A stretch of 64,000 nucleotides of DNA from Candidatus Bathyarchaeota archaeon (GTDB lineage: Archaea > Thermoproteota > Bathyarchaeia > Bathyarchaeales > Bathycorpusculaceae): NCBI GenBank assembly GCA_963775465.1, contig CAVZIW010000010.1, positions 42,866-106,865 of the forward strand, given 5' to 3'. Positions within the stretch are counted from its first letter, which is position 1. Each line of letters begins with the position of its first letter. The position numbers and the translations under genes are program-made. Below, piece after piece: positions 21,031-29,772 of the stretch. Below the pieces are notes generated by a model that made no database searches, was not told the DNA's origin, and was given only the letters and a program-made list of their open reading frames with translations.

Positions 21031-21232
21031 ACCTCCCTTTACCATTTTTGTGTTTGTTATTTTAACGAAATTCTAAATAATTATTTCCTGTTTTAGAGGT
21101 AACTTAAGTCTTATACGCAACAATTATTGTTTCTCTTTAAGTTCGTCTGTTCCTTTTTGGATGTTGTAACTAAGCAACAACCACAAGCACATATATGCTC
21201 TTTTATCAATGCGTACTTTAAGGTGGGTATGA

Positions 21233-21379
21233 ATGAATTGTCGAGAAGGAGAATCTTGTTTAATACGAAGACCTCTCACCGCTGAACAGGAGTCAGAACT
21301 TATCTCACTAAGAGATGTACCTCTTGAAGTTAGACGTGAAGAAGCGAAAAAGCCTTTATTCTTAAAACGATATGAATGA
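21233..21379 (+). CDS. Possible small protein (48 aa)
   Basis: MNCREGESCLIRRPLTAEQESELISLRDVPLEVRREEAKKPLFLKRYE; AGGTG upstream. Confidence 0.3.
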   Translation: MNCREGESCLIRRPLTAEQESELISLRDVPLEVRREEAKKPLFLKRYE

Positions 21380-21508
21380 GAAAGAATCTTCACGTTTGAT
21401 CGCAAGATCCTATTTTTAATGCTTTATTTCTGAAACGATTTTGTTATTGTCCGAGCGGAAGTAAAATAAACTTGAGTTCTGGTTACTCTATGCATTAGGG
21501 TTGCTTCT

Positions 21509-22240
21509 ATGTCTGGATCAGAAACGCTCGTTCCTTTCATTAGAGAGAAAAAGAAGCCTGGCGAAGAACCGACAATAATAGTTGATACCCGCGAAGCAAG
21601 TAGCGCCAAAAAAATTTCCACTGGTCTAATTGAAAAGGGGGTTAATGTTAAGACTGAGATGCTAGAGAAAGGCGACTATATTCTTTCTGACCAGTGTGCG
21701 GTTGAACGGAAAACCGTTAACGATTTTGTCTACACCTTGACTAGGCGTTATCTTTTTGAGCAGCTGTTTAGGCTAAAAGATGTTTATCCCAGGTCTCTTA
21801 TTGTTTTGGAAGGTTACCTGCCTATTATTTACAAATACAGTAGCATCCAACCGCAAGCAGTCTGGGGCGCCATGTTTAATCTGGCAAAAAACGGTATAGC
21901 CATAGTTAACACTGCTTCACAAAAAGAAACCATTGATTTTCTCTACACGGCAGCAAGACAAGAGCAAATTGTTGAAAAAAGAAGTGCAATTGTGCATGCT
22001 TTCAAAAAGTGTGATACGTTGTCTGATGCTCAAATCTACTTCATTGCAAGTTTGCCTAGTATTGGACGCGAAAAAGCAACGGCTATTTTAGATTCTTACC
22101 AAACGCCTCTTAACGCATTGATTAATGTGGACGATTGGGAAAAAACCGTTCACGGTTTGGGTCCAGTTATCACAAATCGAGTCAAAGACGTTTTGAGTAT
22201 TCCCTATAAAAACAAGGATTGTGAAGAGGAAAAAACCTGA
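21509..22240 (+). CDS. xpf: ERCC4/XPF structure-specific endonuclease (short form, nuclease + HhH)
   Basis: IVDTRE, GDY, VERKT..DF, LPSIG HhH motif. Confidence 0.9.
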   Translation: MSGSETLVPFIREKKKPGEEPTIIVDTREASSAKKISTGLIEKGVNVKTEMLEKGDYILSDQCAVERKTVNDFVYTLTRRYLFEQLFRLKDVYPRSLIVLEGYLPIIYKYSSIQPQAVWGAMFNLAKNGIAIVNTASQKETIDFLYTAARQEQIVEKRSAIVHAFKKCDTLSDAQIYFIASLPSIGREKATAILDSYQTPLNALINVDDWEKTVHGLGPVITNRVKDVLSIPYKNKDCEEEKT

Positions 22241-22306
22241 TTTAGTCAATTATCAAATTCCATTTGTATTAGCAATTTTTAAGAACGCCCAGTCTCAAAT
22301 ATTGGT

Positions 22307-22846
22307 ATGAGTCGTTTTGTAGCTTTCCTTAGAGGAATAAACGTTGGAAGCCATATTGTCACTAAAGAACAACTAAAAGAAGCGTTCGCTTCATTAGGAT
22401 TTCACAACGTGTCCACTTTCGGACAAAGCGGCAACGTGATCTTCGAAACTAGCAACTTAGCACCTGAAGAATTAATAACTAAAATCGAAAACAAACTGCG
22501 AACAATTTTGGGTTACGAGGTTTCCGTTTTCGTGAGGACAATTTCACAGCTAAAACACGTGATCCAGCGCAATCCTTTGAAAGTCCCTGTTGAAGGCACA
22601 AGTTCTTTGGTTACATTTCTTTCAATTGCACCGGTAAAAGTGACATTTCAGTTGCCTCTGGTAATTCCAAAATCCACCGCTCAAATTCTCATAATTAGGG
22701 ATTCTGAAGTTTATAGTGCAACCCATGGTGGAGGAGAAGGTGCATTACCCAATCCATTCATAGAATCGGAATTAAAAATTAAAGCGACCACCCGAAACAT
22801 TAAAACAATTCGACGGATCGTTGAAAAATATGATTTGCCTGATTAG
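22307..22846 (+). CDS. DUF1697 family protein
   Basis: FVAFLRGINVG, QSGNVIF, TTRN motifs. Confidence 0.85.
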   Translation: MSRFVAFLRGINVGSHIVTKEQLKEAFASLGFHNVSTFGQSGNVIFETSNLAPEELITKIENKLRTILGYEVSVFVRTISQLKHVIQRNPLKVPVEGTSSLVTFLSIAPVKVTFQLPLVIPKSTAQILIIRDSEVYSATHGGGEGALPNPFIESELKIKATTRNIKTIRRIVEKYDLPD

Positions 22847-22943
22847 CTATTGTTAACCAAGAAAAGATCGATTATCTATTTCAACCTTCAGTATGCGAGA
22901 AAATTATTTAACAATCCTCTAATACTCTAGAGAAAGAGGTTAG

Positions 22944-23333
22944 TTGGATCTGAATCCGGTGGGTTTGTGGACTTTGCATTTTGATTGGGGTCCAAAAGGC
23001 GCTTACAATTGGACGCCTTTATATTTTAACTTTGACGGCACATTTGCTTACTTAGCAGGGGCTAATGAAGGTACATGGGCACAGGTGGATGACCTAATAG
23101 TTTGGCGGTTCAAACGGCTTCTAAACCAAGAAAACAATACTGTTTATTCTGGAAATGCTACTAGAAATTTCATGTCAGGCATAATGTTTTCATTTCAGGG
23201 CGAAAAGGGACATTGGTATGCAGTCAAAAAAGGGACTAGAGTGTTTTCTCGAGAAGAAAACGAATCAATACCTTACCTGGTTGATAGAGAAAGCAAACAA
23301 AAACTTGATGCTTCAGGTAGAAAAATTATTTAA
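22944..23333 (+). CDS. Hypothetical beta-rich protein
   Basis: 129-aa ORF, GAGG upstream of TTG, aromatic beta-strand pattern. Confidence 0.6.
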   Translation: MDLNPVGLWTLHFDWGPKGAYNWTPLYFNFDGTFAYLAGANEGTWAQVDDLIVWRFKRLLNQENNTVYSGNATRNFMSGIMFSFQGEKGHWYAVKKGTRVFSREENESIPYLVDRESKQKLDASGRKII

Positions 23334-23358
23334 GAAAACATAGTGGTTCAAAGCCTTT

Positions 23359-24241
23359 TCAGGAAGCTGAAACTATCATGTAAGTGGCGTAAACAAACAC
23401 TGCAACAGATATGATAAACATAGTTCCTAATAAAAGAACCAAACCTCGCTCATACTTTCCAAACTTCAAAGTCAAGATAGCGTTAATTATCGGAAGCACG
23501 GCACCAATTCCAGCCACCCATAGTAGTTCCGATTTTTCGCCAAAGCGGTTGGGCACTCCATCAAACCCGAAATGCAACGGAATAATCTGAGGAAGTTGTA
23601 CATAAACCCAAAAGAAATATACCAGAAAAGAAACGTATGTTATTGAAACTGACAAAACTTGAATATACGCAGATTTCTGGATAGATTGCGTGTGTTGCGC
23701 TATTTCTTTGCCAGTTTGGCCCTTAAAGAGATACCTCTTTTCTTCTATAGCTTTAAGAAAATATTCAGGATCCTCTGGAGATATCGCAATTTTTTCCCCG
23801 TCATCCAAAGTGAGTACGATAAATTTTCCCTCAATTCTTGTTGCGTACACATTAGCATTTCCGATGTTGGTTTTATAAAAACCCCAATGGAATCCTGGAA
23901 GGCTAGCTCCAAACAGACGCAAAACAAGTTTAAGATCTGCAATTTCTACTTCTACAATTCGAGCATAAACTATTCTCTTTCGGATTAAACCAAAAATTAC
24001 TGCAAGATTTTTGCCTAGACAATTCATATCGTGCGCTGCCAGTGGAAAGGGAAAAGTAAGCAAGCAGAAAAATCACCCCAATCAGTACCGTGAACATTAA
24101 AGCAGAAAAAAATATTGGGCCTTGCAGAGTCAAAAAAAGAATTATACCTATTGGGATTGCGATTATGAGGATGAAGATTAAGCCATAGTACTTTGTTTTT
24201 TCTGAATGGTGCGCCTTGAAAATCTCTAGATTGTTTGACAT
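23359..24241 (-). pseudogene. Frameshifted membrane protein (TM + bacterial PH-like + DUF1648)
   Basis: ORF 23930-24241 gives the N-terminus and ORF 23359-24063 the rest (IPLHFGFDGVPNRFG); frames switch at an A5 run near 24010. Confidence 0.7.
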
Positions 24242-25724
24242 ACCGCGTTTCTATTCATGACTGAAAATTAATAAACCTGTATCCTGATGTTTGCTTGTTT
24301 CTAACCAAAATCATATTAACAAAATTATTTTATATACACGTAAAGAAAGCATGAGACCAGTAGAAAAGCTGATAATTAAAATGCAGGGCGAGTCAGAGCC
24401 TTAATGTTGTTCACGGCCCATCAAGGTTTGTCTTGGTCGCTTCATGGTCTTTCACCGTTTTGACCATGTTGCTCAAGCCTTTTTGCAACATTGCTGTTCA
24501 GCCCATCGAAGCAGATTCTTTGTCGCGTACCGATTTTCTTGCTGTTTCAACCGATGCGCTCTTTGCTTCAATGCATCGCCTTTAAAGCGTACTCCCCGAC
24601 CTGCAATAACATATTACCCAACCATCCAATATAGGCAATTCTGAGCAAATAGAACGCAAATATGTCTCAACTATCTAATTCATTTTATCTTTTGGGGACA
24701 AATGTGGATGATGCTTCGTCAATATTCTCCAACGGTCTAATTCCTTAGCTGCAAATTTTGACATAAACAGTGCAATTTGACATGAACAACGCAACTTTTT
24801 AAAAAATTGGGCAAGAGTTGGTGTCTGTTTACATAGTGCAAAAACTGCAATTGGAACAGCAAAAAATTGTTTGATGTTCTATTTACTAGATGATCCGGAA
24901 GTATGAATAAAAAAAGCTTCCGAATCAGATCACTGTCTAAGCTTAAGCTTTTTCAGAAAATGGATTGCAAACTTCTATATGTTAGATAATATAGCTTTGA
25001 AATAGAAGAGATTGATTATGAGATTGGAACGTTATAAATCAATTAGAAAAAAACCGAAAAGAGATAACACAATAACTAAATCCAAAAAACGTATGCTTGC
25101 AAAACCCAAAACATCCACTTCTGCAGCTGTACCAAAATTGCGTGAAATCTACTCTGAAAAAATTGAGTGGGCAACACGCTTAATTCCGAAACCAAAAGAA
25201 GAATAAATGAATCAACGAAAATAGTTTCAATTGAGGCAGGTTGATTGATGAACCCCTGAGGCTCAGGATGCAAAAGGTTCAAAACTGACAGAATTCATAA
25301 GCACGAGCCGAATCGGATTTAACCTAATTCACAAGCTTATTGCTATTTTAGCAGTCGGTTCTATCATGCATTTCTATTCCCAAGCAGTTTCGAGGAGCAT
25401 AGGTTATTATAAAAGTGTGTCTTGTGCTATTCTTCACTTTTATAGTCGTCCACTTATCGGCGTATTTTTCTCTAAAGATTTTTTCAGATTATGCTTTGTA
25501 TTTCTCTGCCATCATACCATTTTTGATTCAAGTGTTTAATATTTTAACTATATAGTTGATTATATTTTGATTTATGTTGAATTCTGCATATGATAATTGA
25601 CTATTAATTTTTAGTGTTTGGATATTGCAAAATGTTATATACTATTAGTTATGGAAAATAGCAGTTTAGTTGAGTGAATAGGCTTATGGCTTTTTTGCTC
25701 AATAAATTAAATGGAGAAAAAAAT

Positions 25725-28352
25725 ATGAAAATATTTAAAACTAAAGCGATAGCTACTGCAATATCTTTGCTTCTGGTGCTTAGCGTTGTTGTCTCTATCT
25801 CTAGCCTTCCTTCTGCTGATGCTTACAATACTTCAACTCAAGATGCCATTGATGCTGGTATGAACTGGGATTTGCCCCAGGATGCTTCGAATCTTAGGCT
25901 TTTGATGTGGGAGCGGTATCAAGATCATATACCTACTCAGGTGTATATGGTTATGTCGCCTAACCCGGTTGGTGTTGGACAGCAAGTTTCTTTTGTGTTG
26001 TTTATGCCCCAGCAGCCTCGAGGCGCAAACGCAGCTAATGACATTAGGTATTCCTACACTGTTGATGTTACTGATCCTAATGGTGTTAAAACAACTCTTG
26101 GACCTATCAAGTCTGACTCTACAGGAACTGCATACACGTTATACTCACCCTCAGAAGTTGGAAACTACACTGTTACCGTGAATTTCCTTGAATTACTCTA
26201 TCTCTGGCAAGGATCAAGTACTGAACGAGACTATTACGGTGTTACCTATAATAGTGCATCGTACACAAAGAATTTGATTGTCCAGCAGGAACCTGTTTTA
26301 CCTACAGGTTGGACTGACCAACCCTTACCTACAGAGTACTGGGTTCGACCAATTGAAGGCACAAACACTCCCTGGTACCAGGTAGCAAGCAATTATCTCA
26401 GCGGTCCTGGCGACAATGACCTATATGGATCAGGAAACCAGTTCCAGAGGTATGGCGTTGCCCCTAACAGCGCGCACATTCTGTGGACAAAAGTCACTGA
26501 AGACGGCGGCCTAGTTGGCGGAGAGCAATTCTCTGTTCCTGGAGAAGTTTTCAATGCAGGTCACCAATATCAGACTCGGTTTACTAACCCAATAATCATG
26601 TGGGGACGTCTCTACTACGAGCTTCCAGTTACATGGGCTGGCGTTAACGGCGGCTGGATTTGTGTTGACTTAAAGACAGGCGAAACAATCTGGGAAAATA
26701 GGGACATGGGTGCATCTGGTACCGGTATATCTGACCCGGCTTTCGGCTACTACTATGACTTAGACAACATGAATAATCACGGTGTTGTAACTCCCGGTTG
26801 GCTATTCTCAAGCAACTTTGGACACTCGATCCATCCACGCTACGGCATATATGACCAACTTCAATTAACTGGCGTTCCTTCTGGTTTTGAGGTACGCGCA
26901 CAACAAGGCGAACATATCCGCGTCCAAGTTACCAGCAGCGGCAACATGTATCAATGGAACTCAAGCAAAGTCTTTGACGACTCTGAAAGCGGAGTACAAA
27001 CAGCCAATAATCCCACGGATTTCGACTTTAACGTTTCAACTCCGTGGAGTGTTGGAATGTCTAGCATAAGCGTACAAGAAGTCGTTCTTGGCGAATACAT
27101 CTTTGGCAGAAACGGCAGTCACCCAGTAGGCACAGGCGGTCCACGCTTTGACTATCCAAGTCCAGTAACTATATGGGCAGCAAGTCTAAAACCCGGAAGT
27201 GAAGGTCAACTTCTATACATGAAAAACATTGACACAATACCAAATCCACCAGACGGCGGCGAAATCATGATGGAACGCGTCGGAGAAGGAGTAGCAGTTT
27301 TTGTGAAGCTCTTTGAACGACAATGGATTGGCTATGACACCCAGACTGGCAATAAACTTTGGGAGTCAGATCCTCCGGAAGCAGAATTTAATCCATTTGG
27401 CTACTATAGCTTCCCAAGCTTGATTCATACTGAATCTACTGCTATAGCTGACGGAAGATTGTTCACTGGTGGCTATACCGGAGCTGTGATGTGCTACAAC
27501 CTAACTACTGGTCAAAAGATTTGGCAGTATGAAGACTACACTGGCAGAACTGTATTTCCATACTTTACTTTGATGCTTGGCACGGTTGCTGATGGTAAAA
27601 TCTTTGTTGGCACTCATGAGCACTCTGCTGATACACCGCTGTTTAAAGGAAACAAAGTTCGCGCAATCAACGTTACTGACGGCTCTGAAGTTTGGGCTAT
27701 GTATGGCTGGGCTCATCCTTACACGTTTGCTGTTGCTGATGGCACTTTGATCTACTGGAACAACTATGATCATCAGGTGTATGCTGTTGCGAAAGGGCCA
27801 ACTTCGATGACTGTTGAAGCGCCTCATGCTGGTATTGCTCTGGATCAAAGTCTCGTGATTACTGGTACTGTTATGGATATTTCAGCTGGTACACGTCAGC
27901 ATGAGCAGGCTATGCGGTTCCCCAATGGTGTTCCTGCTGTTTCTGAGGATAGCATGAGTCACTGGATGGAGTATGTCTATATGCAGAAAGCTCGACCGAC
28001 TAATGCTACTGGTGTTGAAGTATCTATCGATGTGGTTGATTCTAATGGCAACTACCGAAACATTGGCACAACTACTAGTGATGCAAACGGCGTGTTTAGT
28101 TTGGATTGGATGCCTGATATTTCAGGAAAGTATACTGTGATTGCATCGTTTGCCGGCAGCGAAGGTTATTGGCCTTCACATGCAGAAACTGCTTTCGTAG
28201 TTGACGAGGTAGCACCAACAACAGCGCCAACGGAGGCTCCGCAGCAGTCTGCAGCTGACATGTACTTTGTTCCCGCAGTCGCAGGAATCATCGTAGCAAT
28301 AGTGATTGTTGGCATTATGCTGGCTCTATTGCTCATAAAGAAACGGCCATAA
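25725..28352 (+). CDS. PQQ-like beta-propeller, secreted and C-terminally membrane-anchored protein (paralog A)
   Basis: ATG 25725 after GGAGA; signal peptide, PLPTEYW.RPI, G..xW blade repeats, EHS, RFPNGVPAVS, TM helix + KKRP. Confidence 0.9.
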   Translation: MKIFKTKAIATAISLLLVLSVVVSISSLPSADAYNTSTQDAIDAGMNWDLPQDASNLRLLMWERYQDHIPTQVYMVMSPNPVGVGQQVSFVLFMPQQPRGANAANDIRYSYTVDVTDPNGVKTTLGPIKSDSTGTAYTLYSPSEVGNYTVTVNFLELLYLWQGSSTERDYYGVTYNSASYTKNLIVQQEPVLPTGWTDQPLPTEYWVRPIEGTNTPWYQVASNYLSGPGDNDLYGSGNQFQRYGVAPNSAHILWTKVTEDGGLVGGEQFSVPGEVFNAGHQYQTRFTNPIIMWGRLYYELPVTWAGVNGGWICVDLKTGETIWENRDMGASGTGISDPAFGYYYDLDNMNNHGVVTPGWLFSSNFGHSIHPRYGIYDQLQLTGVPSGFEVRAQQGEHIRVQVTSSGNMYQWNSSKVFDDSESGVQTANNPTDFDFNVSTPWSVGMSSISVQEVVLGEYIFGRNGSHPVGTGGPRFDYPSPVTIWAASLKPGSEGQLLYMKNIDTIPNPPDGGEIMMERVGEGVAVFVKLFERQWIGYDTQTGNKLWESDPPEAEFNPFGYYSFPSLIHTESTAIADGRLFTGGYTGAVMCYNLTTGQKIWQYEDYTGRTVFPYFTLMLGTVADGKIFVGTHEHSADTPLFKGNKVRAINVTDGSEVWAMYGWAHPYTFAVADGTLIYWNNYDHQVYAVAKGPTSMTVEAPHAGIALDQSLVITGTVMDISAGTRQHEQAMRFPNGVPAVSEDSMSHWMEYVYMQKARPTNATGVEVSIDVVDSNGNYRNIGTTTSDANGVFSLDWMPDISGKYTVIASFAGSEGYWPSHAETAFVVDEVAPTTAPTEAPQQSAADMYFVPAVAGIIVAIVIVGIMLALLLIKKRP

Positions 28353-28413
28353 AAAAACAAAATCAACAAAACAACAACCTTCCCTTTTTTTGTTTAGTGC
28401 ATTGGAAAAATAT

Positions 28414-28516
28414 GGGGGCTGAGAAGGCTCTGGTTAAACTTCAAAATAGCCATAGCTATTAAAAGAGAGTTTGCATTTTCTCTTTTCTCCAAATTTCCAG
28501 AGCCTCAGCAAACCCT
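28414..28516 (+). ncRNA. BHB-closed structured RNA element, copy 1
   Basis: GGG-GCTG-AGA-AGGCTCTGG...CCAGAGCCT-CAGC-AAA-CCC; two internal hairpins; recurs after paralogs C and D. Confidence 0.75.
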
Positions 28517-28662
28517 GCTTTCAGTCAATGGAATATGTCTCTCTCAATTTTATAAGGTAAAAAGCTGGCTGATTTTTCAAAAAACTCTAATTGAACCCAG
28601 ATTTGAACTATTCACAAAACCTCAATAGTTTCAAAAGTGTGAGGATCGCATTTGATGGATTG

Positions 28663-28711
28663 ATTACAAAGTACTTTGTAATGCAAAGTTATATATTTTG
28701 GAAAGTACTTT
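28663..28711. promoter_or_regulatory. Palindromic operator cluster overlapping a TATA box
   Basis: Perfect 20-bp palindrome ATTACAAAGTACTTTGTAAT (28663-28682), ACTTTG-N5-CAAAGT (28673-28689), TTATATA, AAAGTACTTT (28702-28711). Confidence 0.65.
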
Positions 28712-28727
28712 ATATGATTGGTGAAAT

Positions 28728-29348
28728 ATGGTGGCTAAAGAACCAAACTTAAAAGAAATTGAAAGAAAAACCTACATCTCATATCACCAAGACGGATTGC
28801 TTGACATATTCGCGAGTTTATACATCGTAGGTTTTTCTATTGGAATATTGTTAGACTTCATTTGGGATTACAGCTTCGGGTTATTTATCCCAGGATTCTT
28901 GGTTATTTTAGTTTTGCCCCTTTGGATAGCTGCAAAAAGAAAGATAACAATGCCCCGCATCGGGTACGTTAAATTTGGCACTGGCGGAAAGAAAGTAACT
29001 ATTATTTTCACAGGGCTCATGGTTGTCGGCGCATTTTTCTTTTTGGCTTTTGCTTTGCTCGTTAAGTCATCATCTTGGGCTGACTTCATCTTTACAAATG
29101 GACTAATTTTAGTCGGAATCGGCGGTTTAACCATCAGCTTTTTGTTTGGATATGCAACAGGCCTCAAACGTCTATATGCATATGGGGTATTAGCGTTAGC
29201 TCTATTTGTGGGTGGACACTTTCTAAGTGTCTTTTTCGCTTACTTAGTTTTAATGCTTGGAGTTGCAGTAATGCTGGTTGGCTCTTATTTGTTGATTCAA
29301 TTCGTCAGAAAGTATCCATTGAAAGGTGAAGACTCCGTTGTTCAATAG
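28728..29348 (+). CDS. Multi-pass membrane protein
   Basis: About six TM helices; DGL.DI and K.KIT.PR.GYVK motifs. Confidence 0.8.
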   Translation: MVAKEPNLKEIERKTYISYHQDGLLDIFASLYIVGFSIGILLDFIWDYSFGLFIPGFLVILVLPLWIAAKRKITMPRIGYVKFGTGGKKVTIIFTGLMVVGAFFFLAFALLVKSSSWADFIFTNGLILVGIGGLTISFLFGYATGLKRLYAYGVLALALFVGGHFLSVFFAYLVLMLGVAVMLVGSYLLIQFVRKYPLKGEDSVVQ

Positions 29349-29664
29349 CGATGCAGACATCCAAAATGTAGACCGATTGATACATGAACCCAGTAGGTTG
29401 ATGATAATGGCGCAGCTTTATGTAGTTGAGAGCGCTGACTTCCTGTTCCTTCAGCACCAAACAGAAATGAGCTCTGGAAATCTCTCCGCTCATCTTAAAA
29501 AGCTAGAAGGAGCCGGATATATTGACGTAACTAAAGATTACATTGACAGAAAACCCCACACAACTCTTGCATTAACAAAGAAAGGTCGAGACGCTTTCAA
29601 ACAATATAGAAAAAGAGTTAAAAAATTTGTAGAAAAAATACCTGATGAAGTATTTGACAAATAG
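29326..29664 (+). CDS. Winged-helix transcriptional regulator (ArsR/MarR-like)
   Basis: DRLIHEPSRL.IM, GNLSAHLKKLE.AGYI, LT.KGR.AF. Confidence 0.88.
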   Translation: MKTPLFNSDADIQNVDRLIHEPSRLMIMAQLYVVESADFLFLQHQTEMSSGNLSAHLKKLEGAGYIDVTKDYIDRKPHTTLALTKKGRDAFKQYRKRVKKFVEKIPDEVFDK

Positions 29665-29713
29665 ATATGCTTTGAGACTGCTTCAATACTTTTTAAAACA
29701 GGAATTTAGGGAG

Positions 29714-29728
29714 TGGTGGGGCCGCTGG
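29714..29728 (-). other. tRNA-Pro-like 3'-end fragment (putative att site)
   Basis: Reverse complement CCAGCGGCCCCACCA resembles an archaeal tRNA-Pro acceptor end with CCA; 44 nt downstream of the integrase stop. Confidence 0.6.
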
Positions 29729-29772
29729 TTTCCTATGGACTTGATCCGAAAAAAGTACTGTTTTTTGGTGTT

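Noticed and set aside
24340-25670. Short ORFs 24444-24644, 25012-25206 and 25076-25282
   Set aside because: No recognisable motifs or convincing RBS; probably decayed or non-coding DNA
25674-25724. ORF-track GTG start for paralog A
   Set aside because: ATG at 25725 follows the family-typical GGAGA RBS and begins the signal peptide
28458-28490. Minus-strand micro-ORF GGAGA..ATG CAA ACT CTC TTT TAA (MQTLF)
   Set aside because: Not conserved in copy 3, and the G-U pattern supports the + strand as the structured RNA; not fully excluded
28414-28516. BHB elements as C/D box sRNAs, simple terminators or MITEs
   Set aside because: No box C (RUGAUGA); the T-tract precedes the stem instead of following it; the inverted repeat is interrupted by conserved asymmetric 3-nt bulges and no target-site duplication is visible
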